32,591 nt of DNA. Source: Porpidia crustulata (taxonomy: Eukaryota). Made by a program: the position numbers and the translations under genes. Every line of letters begins with the position of its first letter. Within the stretch, counting starts at the first letter, position 1. The notes beneath the pieces were generated by a model, which was not told the DNA's origin, did not search any database, and saw only the letters and a list, made by a program, of their open reading frames with translations. The stretch lies in the NCBI GenBank assembly GCA_964255105.1, contig CAXUWE010000013.1, positions 1 through 32,591 on the forward strand. Reading direction: 5' to 3'. Shown here piece after piece: positions 22,776-32,591 of this stretch.

Positions 22776-23106
22776 CTCAGGCTAGTTTTTAATGTCCGGA
22801 CACTTAAGCGAATTTGATATTAATCACTCATGTTTTAATTTCTATCATAATAACAACACAATATTAAATGTTGAAATTAGTTGCGATCTAAAGCTTTAGA
22901 TCGCGATTTTACTTATATTTTATCCATAATAAAAATCGTTGTTCTGCGCTTACAACATTTTTATTTCGCTTTCATCGCGCATGCTTAACTGACGAAAAAA
23001 TAGTCCAATATTATTTAATTCTTTTATTTGTTTGAGGATGAGGGTAATGGAGGTTCCGCTAGGCTAAACATCGTCTAAGTGTCCGGACATTAAAAACTAG
23101 CCCGAG
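22776..23106. mobile_element. Non-autonomous DNA transposon (MITE), Tc1/mariner-like, 331 bp
   Basis: 31-bp TIRs at 22776-22806 (CTCAGGCTAGTTTTTAATGTCCGGACACTTA) and 23076-23106 (reverse complement, 1 mismatch). TA on both flanks (22774-75, 23107-08). AT-rich non-coding interior. Confidence 0.9.
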
Positions 23107-23191
23107 TAACAGCAATTCCCATCGGCTAACGGTCTTGTTGCTAGAAATTTAACAAATCATTTCTCGGCATCGGCGTTTCTGAATAGTAGAG

Positions 23192-25486
23192 ATGGCCCCA
23201 AGGCGCAAGAGACAACGGCTTTCGGTCAGCGGTCTTGACGCTATCACAGATTTCGATGATGAGGAAGTGGAAGAAGTCGAGCAGCAAGATCTCCAACCAA
23301 TACAGCCTGCGAAGCATCTACAGTCCAGGTCACTGTTTGTGCGGTCATTACCACCAAATGTGACTACGGCAACATTGGCAGAACACTTCTCCCAGTCCTT
23401 TCCTCTGAAACACGCAATGGTTGTCGTGGACCCTCAAACGAAAATATCCAAAGGTTATGGCTTCGTCACTTTGGCGGATATCGAAGATGCTCATAGTGCT
23501 AAAGACAAATTTGATGGATCCATTTTCCAGGATCGAATAATAAAAGTGGAAGTTGCAGAGCCCCGACACCGGGACATGAAAGGGGATGACTTAGCCAGGC
23601 GGAAGAGAAATTTCGCCTCAGCGGACGCCACTGAGACTAAGGCGGAGCGAGTCAGACAGATTGCTGTTGATTATAGGGCCCCAAAGCTCATCGTCAGGAA
23701 TCTGCCATGGACTATCAAGGAACCAGACCAATTGGCAGCAATCTTTAGAAGCTTTGGCAAGGTCAAACACGCCACTCTCCCCAAAAAGAGGCCCGGTCTG
23801 TCGGGCGGATTCGGTTTCGTCGTTCTGCGGGGAAGAAAGAATGCCGAGAAGGCTTTAGAGGCTGTCAACGGGAGAGATATTGAAGGTCGAACCCTTGCAG
23901 TGGATTGGGCTGTAGAAAAGGAAATTTGGGAAACGCTGAACAACGGTGTAAAAGACACTGAGGGTTGGATAAAGCCGGCCAACGTTTTGGACATTGAAGG
24001 TTCGAACATTGCCAAATCTAAGAAGGGCGAAGATCTGAATCTTGACGAATTGGCATCAAGTGATGATGGGAAACACAATTCTTCTGATGGTCAGAAGATT
24101 AAAGTATCGATTGGGGAGGAGCCGAATGAGGTTGAATTGCCGCAAAGTATTTCCTCCACCTTGTTTGTTCGTAACCTTCCCTTCACAGCCACCGATGACA
24201 CTCTGAAAGCACACTTCGAGTCGTTTGGTCCTATTCGTTATGCCAGGATAGTTCTGGACCGTATTACCGAAAGGTCAAAAGGTACAGGTTTTGTTTGCTT
24301 TTATAACCACGAGGATGCCGGTGCATGTCTACGAGAGGCCCTCAGTTTAGTGTCTCAAGCAGGTAAAGCGAATCAATTTGATAAGAGTAAAGCCGCACAT
24401 TCGTTCAAACATTCGCTCCTCGAAGATATCAGCACCGACCCGGCCGGTCACTTCAGTCTTGAAGGACGAGTATTGCAGGTCACCCGAGCTGTCGATCGAA
24501 CTGAGGCTACCCGGCTTACTATCGCCGGCAAATCTCTGCGCGACATGCAAGACAAGGATAAACGACGACTATACCTGCTGTCAGAGGGCACAATTCCCCC
24601 GAACAGTCCTCTCTACAATAAGCTTGCGCCGTCGGAAATCAATCTAAGAGAGGAGAGTGCCAAACAAAGGCAAATTCTTGTCAAGAATAATCCAACGCTT
24701 CATCTCAGCCTGACCCGTCTCTCAATACGTAATCTCCCTCGCAATATTACCTCCAAAGACCTAAAGGCTTTAGCGAGAGAAGCTGCCGTTGGTTTCGCCA
24801 AAGATGTGAAGGCCGGAATTCGGCAGCACCTGTCAGAAGAAGAAGTGTCTCGGGGTGGTGAGGAGCTCAAGGAAGCCGAGAGGGCGCGAAAAGCAAAGGG
24901 AAAGGGAATTGTGAAGCAAGCGAAGATTGTTTTTGAGGGCAGGGAAGGAACTAAAGTAGCAGAGAGCAGCGGTGCAGGTCGTAGTAGGGGATATGGCTTC
25001 ATTGAGTTTAGCTCACACCGATGGGCACTCATGGGCCTTCGTTGGTTGAATGGACATACTGTGGGGCACCCACCTTCCGTCACAAACGAAGAAGATCTAT
25101 CCAGAGAAGCTGTAAAGGATAAAAGAAAGAGACTCGTTGTCGAATTTGCTATCGAAAACGCTCAGGTAGTCACCCGCAGGCACGAGAGAGAAGCTAAAGC
25201 TCGGGAGAGATCAAAACTTGTACTCGATAAGAGACAGAAAGGGGAGATGCCTAGAGCTACAGTGAAAGTGTTGACGAGGAATACATTAATGGCAAAGTCT
25301 TGGAAGGGATCTACGAGAAACAAAGCTTCCGGCAGGACATCTATCGGTACCTCCGAGGCTACTCCAGCAACTGTTAATCCTGACAGTGCGAAGGAAATGG
25401 AAAGACTCGCCAAGAGACAGAAGATTATTGAGAAGAAGAGAATGGTTCGAAGATCGAGGAATAAGGTCACGCCAAGACAAACGTGA
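23192..25486 (+). CDS. NOP4: Nucleolar multi-RRM ribosome biogenesis protein Nop4 (RBM28 family)
   Basis: Four RRMs (SLFVRSLP/KGYGFV; LIVRNLP/GFGFV; LFVRNLP/KGTGFV; LSIRNLP/RGYGFIEF), plus DKRRLYLLSEG and RLVVEFAIEN motifs, acidic linker and basic tail. Confidence 0.93.
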   Translation: MAPRRKRQRLSVSGLDAITDFDDEEVEEVEQQDLQPIQPAKHLQSRSLFVRSLPPNVTTATLAEHFSQSFPLKHAMVVVDPQTKISKGYGFVTLADIEDAHSAKDKFDGSIFQDRIIKVEVAEPRHRDMKGDDLARRKRNFASADATETKAERVRQIAVDYRAPKLIVRNLPWTIKEPDQLAAIFRSFGKVKHATLPKKRPGLSGGFGFVVLRGRKNAEKALEAVNGRDIEGRTLAVDWAVEKEIWETLNNGVKDTEGWIKPANVLDIEGSNIAKSKKGEDLNLDELASSDDGKHNSSDGQKIKVSIGEEPNEVELPQSISSTLFVRNLPFTATDDTLKAHFESFGPIRYARIVLDRITERSKGTGFVCFYNHEDAGACLREALSLVSQAGKANQFDKSKAAHSFKHSLLEDISTDPAGHFSLEGRVLQVTRAVDRTEATRLTIAGKSLRDMQDKDKRRLYLLSEGTIPPNSPLYNKLAPSEINLREESAKQRQILVKNNPTLHLSLTRLSIRNLPRNITSKDLKALAREAAVGFAKDVKAGIRQHLSEEEVSRGGEELKEAERARKAKGKGIVKQAKIVFEGREGTKVAESSGAGRSRGYGFIEFSSHRWALMGLRWLNGHTVGHPPSVTNEEDLSREAVKDKRKRLVVEFAIENAQVVTRRHEREAKARERSKLVLDKRQKGEMPRATVKVLTRNTLMAKSWKGSTRNKASGRTSIGTSEATPATVNPDSAKEMERLAKRQKIIEKKRMVRRSRNKVTPRQT

Positions 25487-26331
25487 TCAGGTGAAATTTC
25501 CAACGAACATCGCTACTCCAGACGTGATCGGAGATAGAAATCTACGTAATGCATCTCACTTTCTGTTGGTGCTATCAGGCAATATTCCTACCAAATCTAT
25601 TAGCAAGATGTCATTAACAATTACCATATCCGACGGCAGCTGACATTATATCTGCACCCTACCCGATGCAGTTCGCCTTAATCATCAAATAATAGGTATT
25701 TCCAATTCTCAAAAGCCTTAGTTGCAGATTATTGAGGACTCTTCTCAATGACTCCCATGTACCCAATCTACTAATCAACTTGAATCGCCCCTGAGGTTTG
25801 AGATATTTGTCAAACCAGTCGCTTATAGGATATATCACTTCGTACAAGATTATATACCTATCAGCTATGATCAACAGAGGCTGTTTCTATTCTGTGCTAC
25901 CTGCCTCCCTGCAGCCTAGAAAAAAGATATCACGCCATCTGTACTTTTGCCAGAGCCCAACAAAGCGACAATGACGATAAGTAGCTTTGGTCCACAAGCT
26001 GGGATTTCAGAAGCGTAGATTCTTCTGGTTCCTAGCATAACCTTAGTGAAGAAGGGTAAGGGGGTTGTGCAAGAACTGACTCGAAACTGGAATGCAGCTC
26101 GCTCTGGAGGTATATGCCTCCACTAACAATCAGCATTATAAGTACGGTCGATACCTTCCTTTCACAATATTGCGTAAGTGTTGCGGCTTCCCCGTTGAAA
26201 CCCTCTTCATTCTACAATTATTTGGTTTGAGTTCTTTCTGTACTGCTGTATCAGAACATAAAGCAAATTGTCCGCTAAGCAGAACAATACATCCAAGAAC
26301 GAGACTGATTCAAGCGGCAGCACCCGCAATC

Positions 26332-26709
26332 ATGTGCAAATTTGAACAGACTACCTGGGCCTGTGGTCATCAGACTCATATTCGATGCTCTCCTTGCCAC
26401 CATGCGCGTACGTGGCCCACCTGCGAGAGCGTCAAGACGCTATATCGAGTGCTGGAAAACAACAATTTCGACTGTCCCAAGTGTCAGAGCGTCAACAAGG
26501 TTCAGACAGACCTATTCCATCAGCGCAACTATTCCATCGAGGCACCGGAACCGCCGAATCCCGAGCGCTGGACCGCATTTTGGGAGGCCATGCGGAAGGA
26601 GTATGGTTCCCCGCAGCAAATCCAAAGCCGGCAGGAGTGGCAGCACCAGATGGAACAGTATCACGTGCAGCATCAGTCGCGCCACCAAAAGCCGAGCTGC
26701 CTCAAATAA
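26332..26709 (+). CDS. Small hypothetical Cys/His-rich protein with a Gln-rich tail
   Basis: ATG in good context (AATCATG) at 26332 within ORF 26092..26709: MCKFEQTTWACGH...CSPCHH...C...CPKC. The stretch is GC-richer than its flanks. Confidence 0.6.
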   Translation: MCKFEQTTWACGHQTHIRCSPCHHARTWPTCESVKTLYRVLENNNFDCPKCQSVNKVQTDLFHQRNYSIEAPEPPNPERWTAFWEAMRKEYGSPQQIQSRQEWQHQMEQYHVQHQSRHQKPSCLK

Positions 26710-27559
26710 TACGACTAAGAGCATCAACAAGCCATAGCCCCGGGGCCTTGAAAGCTTTTATATCGCAGTTCTTGGTGGATATTGGACCTTGTGCGATGGC
26801 ATAGCTCATGCAGGCACACAGAGTAGACCCCATCTATTTCAGGTCAGAAGTTTCCTAGACTTCCTAAGCTCCAATAGTTCCCGTAAATGGATACTGCAGG
26901 AAAGTTTGCGAGCCTTTGTCCGAGGTCTGAGTAGGTTGATGCTGGTGGTGTTCGCAAATCTTGTCCCATTATTCTGTGGTGGTATCAACTCGAGATGAAT
27001 TAGCACATATCTCAGCGATGTGCCATAACTTTTACTTTTCACGCTACGTTGCAGGACGGAGGCTATAGGTGTCGTACAGTTCATTGATAAGGTTCGGAAA
27101 CAAATGCATTGTCATTATTGGTTGTACTTAGCAGAGTCGTTAGGAAACAGCCATCTTGACTGTATGCGTTGTGCATTCGAATATCCTGCATGGAATCATG
27201 CCGGGCAAAGGCGGCTCCCCTACCTACGCACATCTGGCAGGTTTCTTGCACACTTAACGATTTAATTTGGCGGGTATGCAGGTGGCCATTTTAAGCATCA
27301 AGGAGGCATTTTCGAAGTAGTTCTAGGCAAATTAATTTACACTGGGTAACCAATGAACAAGACAGGCTTGAACCACTGGCAAGCATGCGACGCTGCTCGC
27401 CAGTGTGCGGGTACTTCCCACGTTTGATGGCAATTCAGTGTAGCCAGACACCACTTCCAAGTGGTGCCATGTATGGTCCAATCGATCCATGCGCAACCTG
27501 GCTTGACCATAAAGCAGTGATCCGCCGTACATAGCCTTTTCGACTCATGATGTAAGATC

Positions 27560-28087
27560 TCAACGTTGCACTTTGCCAACGATACTATACCTCTTACTAA
27601 AGAACGTGAACCAATCTTCCAGCACCTTCTTGTCCTTTTCCTCAAGATCCTCAAAGTCGGGTCGGCACTCTTCGATCTGTAATGACGATTGGGCCAGAGC
27701 TCGTGATGCATCTTTGCCGGCGAACACTGTCGTAATTAGTCGTGGCCACATTTCCCACCAGAGCAATCTGAGGCCTGACACTTGCCGGCAGGGATTCAAG
27801 GAGATCATCAAGGAACATACCGTGATAAGAGCCTTTTGGCGCGTACGCCTTGTTTGCAGACACATCGAAGACTGTACCTTTGATTGCTACATACGTAGGA
27901 TATGCCTCATTAGTCCCTACATAACGAGCCTGATTAGCGATACCCCCACGCAATGGAGCATTGTAGTTCGCGATACCATACCGTCACACTTAGCCAGTGC
28001 TTCGACGCTGATCAGATCATCTTTGGGCGGATTAAGCTGGGGGGGGGATTTTGGAGCGAAGCTTTTAGTGGTCTCGCGCGCCGACAT
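27560..28087 (-). CDS. Cytochrome b5-like heme/steroid-binding (MAPR family) protein, 3 exons
   Basis: Exons 28087-27982, 27916-27821, 27726-27560: ...LAKCDG|TNEAYPTYVAIKGTVFDVS...YAPKGSYH|VFAGKDASRALA...LEDWFTFFSKRYSIVGKV. No N-terminal TM anchor. Confidence 0.92.
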
Positions 28088-28705
28088 TGGTGATAGTGTA
28101 ACAGATCGATCGGAAACGGGCGATTGCAATCTTGCTACTACAGTACAGGAGTGCGTCTTCTGCTCGGATGCTTACCGTACCAATATGGTGGAACAATGAG
28201 AGTTGCAGGACGGCAATTTGGATGACGTGCATCTCGTTTACGGATATGATCTAAAGTCGCACTTAGCGTGTCGCTAAGATCAATGTCATCCTAAGATAAG
28301 ATCGTATCTAGCCTCCTATCTTATCTATCAGCGTGAAAATCTCGCTAATATGCAGCGAATACACGTCCAAAATACTTTACAATGCTGTGCGAAATATTTA
28401 CTCGAAGCGACAGTAAGACCTCAGATCCTTCTGTATTACGTGCACTGATGAAGCATACCAAGGTACGTCAGTAAGGGCGCTGTGCGTGGTAAAGTAGGCC
28501 TGTTGTTAGATCAACGAGACGAGACAACTGACAATCAATAGACCGGTCCAGCCTAGCGCTAAAGGCTACTGTCATTGGAATCGAATCTTCCATTGTCATG
28601 ACTAGGTGGCTACCACAGTATTTGCTGACCAGTAGTTGTGCACCGCTGCCGCTTTCACCAGCAGACTCGCTCCAGATTCTCCATAATGCTTGACTGTGCG
28701 CCAAC

Positions 28706-30546
28706 TCATGGTTTCACGGGTGTGTCAACCATGAGTGTCAGCAAAGATAGTGCAACCTGCGCAGCTGCCAACACTGTTGTCTCCCCGGGATTGTCATAAA
28801 TGGGTGCAACTTCTACAATATCTGCCCCGATGATATCAAGACCACTGAGGCCATCCAGTATAGAGAGAAGCTCTCGCGTTGACCATCCGCCTACTTCTGC
28901 CGTTCCGGTGGCTATTGCCCTGTATCAGCTGCTAAGCACAAACCTGACTCACCCGATGAAAGATGCGGTGACCAATGGGAGTATTACGTTGGAACTCAAA
29001 GAAGTATTGGACGAGACCTACCTGGTGCAAAAGCTGGGTCAAGTACGTCAACGTCAACGGACACATAAACTCGTGTGCCTAAGACGCGTTCTTTGAGCTT
29101 CTTGATGATGCCTCCGGCTCCAGTGCGGTCAATATCCCTAGCAGTAATTGTCTCGAAGCCGCATCGAATGTCGTTTCGCAAATCACCCTTAGCTCTAAAC
29201 AGTGGTGCACGAATACCAGCATGGATCGATGAGTTGCGAATTAAACCTTCTTCGTGAGCCAAATGCAGGAATGTCCCTAAGTCCAATACCCATCAACTGA
29301 TACCTTCGGTCAAGCTACTGAATCCAAGTCTTACCATGGTTGACACCACTGGGCAGATATTGTAAGCTTAGTGACACTAATCCCAGTGTCAGCCACATGG
29401 GAACTTACGCATAATCTGAAATGCCACCACCTAAGGTAGTGGATTAGCTCTGGAAAATGTTTTGCCCGTCGGCGACCTACCGAGTACTTTGGGATCCCAA
29501 GTATCTGCTCAGTATTCAGTAAAGATCATTTTAATCAAGCTGAACAATACTGAGAGAAATAACCTATATGAGAATCGAAATGTATGACCGACACTGCTCC
29601 CCATCTTAATTTTGTCGAGCGGAGTGCAGCGAGTGTTGTAGTGTGATCACCCCCCAAGGTAATAATTCGTGGGGCTGAAGATTTCGTAATGTTTCGAGCG
29701 TCTCGTCGGGATATAACCTCGTGATCTTCAGCTTATAGAGATCCGCACTACAACCAACGTCGTCTGACTGGAGAGGATAGAAGCGTTCTATTCCAACTAG
29801 CTGAGCGGACATACCTTATGCGCCTTCTCGAGCTGTTTCAAAGCAACGGTATTATCTAGGAAGGTAAGGGGGGCATCTCCACAATCTATAATCTCCGCCC
29901 AGTCCTTGAACGGATTATTTCCTGAATCAAGAATCACCATGCGTTATGGTCAGTCGGTAAGATAATCTTGTTGATTTTGAAGCTTACCGGTATAAATGTT
30001 CCAAGCAGCGCCAGCTTCCATCCGTTGAGAGCCGATACGAATGCCCCGGGGTCCAAACCGAGCGCCAGGGCGTGCCGTGACGCTCTATAGCAATTCAGTC
30101 ACAGCTTTAATTGGTGCTTCGGAGAAGAATTGCAGTGAACGCAGGGACGTAATGAAACCAGCGATTGGCGACAAAGGTCAAGCCATAGGAAATGTCGTAC
30201 TATTTTACGCAATCTCTGTTATGTATCAAATGTATTACAGAGTAATGGGAATTAACACGACATATAAGACTAATTGACTGACAGTATCAAACGGCGCTCC
30301 CAGTATAGCAATGTCATATAACTCGCTTTCATCGGCAAAACAATTCTGATATCGCAAATTTGCGAAAGTTGTTAAGCCAGCGAAGGCATTCCCTGTAATT
30401 ATATCTACGTCCTCGTCGTACCCCACCAACATTTGGGATGGAGAGACCTTAATAATAGACTGGGATCTCATATCAAGCGCAGATATGGAATTGATGTCCA
30501 AATGGATAATGAGTGCAAGCAAGTAGATACCGTTTTGGAGAAACAT
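28706..30546 (-). CDS. Agmatinase / ureohydrolase (arginase family) with predicted signal peptide, about 9 exons
   Basis: [68 protein letters not shown]: the Mn-binding motifs of ureohydrolases. Hydrophobic N-terminus. Confidence 0.92.
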
Positions 30547-30665
30547 TTGCTTAATGCAGACGCAAAAAGCGAGGGACTGAATGTTCGTCCGTCAACGAGT
30601 TGAAAAAAATGGGTATTCGAACCCGCTCTAGGCATTCATTCTCAACCCTCAACGGAACGGCAGGC

Positions 30666-30680
30666 TAGGGTTAGGGTTAT
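30666..30680 (+). repeat. Interstitial telomere-type repeat TAGGGTTAGGGTTAT (copy 1)
   Basis: Read directly; identical 15-mer at 32575-32589. Confidence 0.75.
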
Positions 30681-30870
30681 TTGCACTAGTTTGAGCCAAG
30701 CTGTTCTGTTGAAGGGCTTTTTTTGCGAATTAACTACATTTACACCTTGGAATCTTTATTCTGCAACGTGGATTTTGATTGTCTTGAGAATGAATCCCTA
30801 CAGTAATCCTAAGTCTCTGCTCCTCACAAACCTCAGGCTAATGCCAGTTTCTTCACTTGCAACAAGACGA

Positions 30871-32140
30871 TTACGGTAACATATTCTCTAAATCAAACGG
30901 TAATTGTTCCTCCACTTCTCGTAAACTCTGCTATTCTTTCAACACTGCATCCCAATCTTACCTGGTATTCTTTCCATGCTCCAACAGGCCCAAAGCTGCC
31001 TCTGCGCGGTCTTTCCAGGTGGTTGTGCTTTCTTTAGCATTCTCCAACAACGCGAAATATCGCTTTTGAGCGTCATATAGTGCCGCCAGTTCATGTCTAG
31101 GATTCTTGTCAAGAAAAAGATCCAGTTCCTCAGCTGCTCTAACTTGGTACTGGGCGCTTGGTCTCTCTACATTTCTTGCTCATTTCCTTCTTCAAACCCT
31201 CAGCCTGCTTCTTGGCCAGTGCAGCCCTTTCCAATGCCTTGTCCTCGGCATTTTTTTTAGCCTGTTTTGCATCTTGAAGGAAAACCCTGGTCTTGTGCAG
31301 GGCTACCTCCGTTAAGATGAAGGGTGTTGGGGCTTCAAAGTCGAATTCTTCAAACCACAAGTTTGCAAAACCGCGTAGCGCCTTCGCCGATTGGGGCCGC
31401 TCTCTCTCGCGGTTTGCCTTGAGTAAAATTTCGTCGAGACGTGCATAATCCTTTGCTAAAGTCGTCGCGACTTCGCCGAACCGACATCCCTCAATATACC
31501 TGTTCAGATCCCCACTGTGCGCATGTAAATTTCGCTCCGCATAAACTTTCAATCTGAACATAATATCTACTTTCTCTATTCCTGTCTCTTCTGCAAGAGT
31601 GTCGATCTGTGTGTGATACTTTTGAGTTGGATATGGAAGACTTTGGTTTTTTCCCCAGGCTTGGAGAAGGGTTCCTTCCATTTCCAGGTTGTTCACAATG
31701 TCAGTGACATACTTATAATGCATTATTGCCAGCTCAGACACCCTGCGTTGAGTCTTCAGGTTATTCCAAATGGCTCCGAAGTAGTCCCCATACTTCGTAA
31801 GCAATTCAAGCTCAAAGATGTCCCAGAGGCTGTCTAACAATCGCTGACCCAGTTCATTGAAAGCTTCTGCCCGAGACTCGAGAAAATTTTCTGCAATCGA
31901 TAAACTTGTTCTGACCGCTTAATGATCATGGACTTTTCGCTCCGATATTTCTTCTCTAGGATCTAGGTTTTCCACAACTTCTTCGCACAGCATACATTGG
32001 AGATAGCGCTCCTCAATTTCCCGAAGGAAGGCCTTGTATCTTTTTGATGGAGCACGATTTTGACCTTGCTGAAGCTTATCTCCTTTTATCTCATGCATCG
32101 GAGTTGCCCAACGCTTCTCGATAACAAGTGGTTCCGCCAT
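30871..32140 (-). pseudogene. Disrupted intronless gene for a helical protein with an Rx4H (HEPN-like) motif and a charged coiled-coil-like region
   Basis: ORFs 32140..31919 and 31840..31139 are in the same frame, separated only by TAA at 31921-31919. After a one-base frameshift near 31172 the coding-like sequence continues (QVRAAEELDLFLDKNPRHELAALYDAQKRYFALLENAK...) through TAA at 30960 and TAG at 30933 to TAA at 30873-30871. Confidence 0.7.
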
Positions 32141-32562
32141 CTCCGGGTATGTTTTGTTGCTATCAGTCGCTCTCTGTATCTGTATCGAGAGAAGATTGTG
32201 GGCCCTTTACTTATATGAGTCTACGTGCACATTTGAGAGGTGCTATACTGAGGAATTCGCGCTGCGGTACCTTTGATTATTTGTGAAGTTATTTACTCAA
32301 CAGGCTTACGAATCTAGAGATCTTACAGAATCGACGAGCAACAACAGCTATTGAGATATAGCGTTCAGCAAAAGTCAGAGACGGGCAGATAGATGAAAAG
32401 TGAGAAATTTGTTACTCGCAAGTTGTACCGTTGTTGAAGCAACACTCATTTACCTCTGTTACGATCAAACCTTCCCTAGGTAACTAAGGTAACATCCCTA
32501 GCAACCCTTGATAGGGCCCGAAGCCTCCTGATAGGGCTACTCGTATTCACCCCTAGTTCGAA

Positions 32563-32589
32563 AACCCTAAGCATTAGGGTTAGGGTTAT
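32563..32589 (+). repeat. Interstitial telomere-type repeat (copy 2) preceded by an inverted AACCCTAA
   Basis: AACCCTAA-GCA-TTAGGGTTAGGGTTAT read directly. Confidence 0.75.
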
Positions 32590-32591
32590 GG

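Noticed and set aside
26092..26331. Upstream extension of the 205-aa ORF
   Set aside because: Lower-GC, UTR-like sequence; the ATG at 26332 has better context and starts the Cys motif.
31919..31921. Programmed readthrough, A-to-I correction or a tiny intron to explain the in-frame TAA
   Set aside because: The flanking GT...AG span is only ~23 nt. Additional stops and a frameshift downstream make pseudogenisation more parsimonious.
1..32591. CRISPR arrays, tRNA/rRNA genes, secondary-metabolite cluster
   Set aside because: None seen; the neighbouring genes are functionally unrelated housekeeping genes.

Overview
Gene-dense eukaryotic DNA from a filamentous ascomycete (Pezizomycotina; inferred from short GT-AG introns with CTRAC/CTAAY branch sites and fungal-type proteins). 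Genes, reconstructed by hand across introns, in order: conserved hypothetical membrane protein, CHORD/CS co-chaperone, Cys-rich orphan, glutaredoxin-like protein, HpcH/HpaI aldolase, LSM8, EMC5/MMgT, meiotic MSH5, mitochondrial HSP78, EF-1beta, a bZIP factor, NOP4, a small Cys/His-rich orphan, a cytochrome-b5-like heme/steroid-binding protein and an agmatinase. Non-coding and accessory features: a U18/snR18-type box C/D snoRNA in EF-1beta intron 2; a 331-bp TA-flanked MITE with 31-bp TIRs just upstream of NOP4; and, at the right end, a decayed intronless gene with an Rx4H (HEPN-like) motif, bracketed by identical 15-bp telomere-like direct repeats. Two apparent non-canonical splice sites stand out: a GG donor in MSH5 intron 1 and a GAG acceptor in the agmatinase. 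All protein identities come from motif recognition, not database searches.
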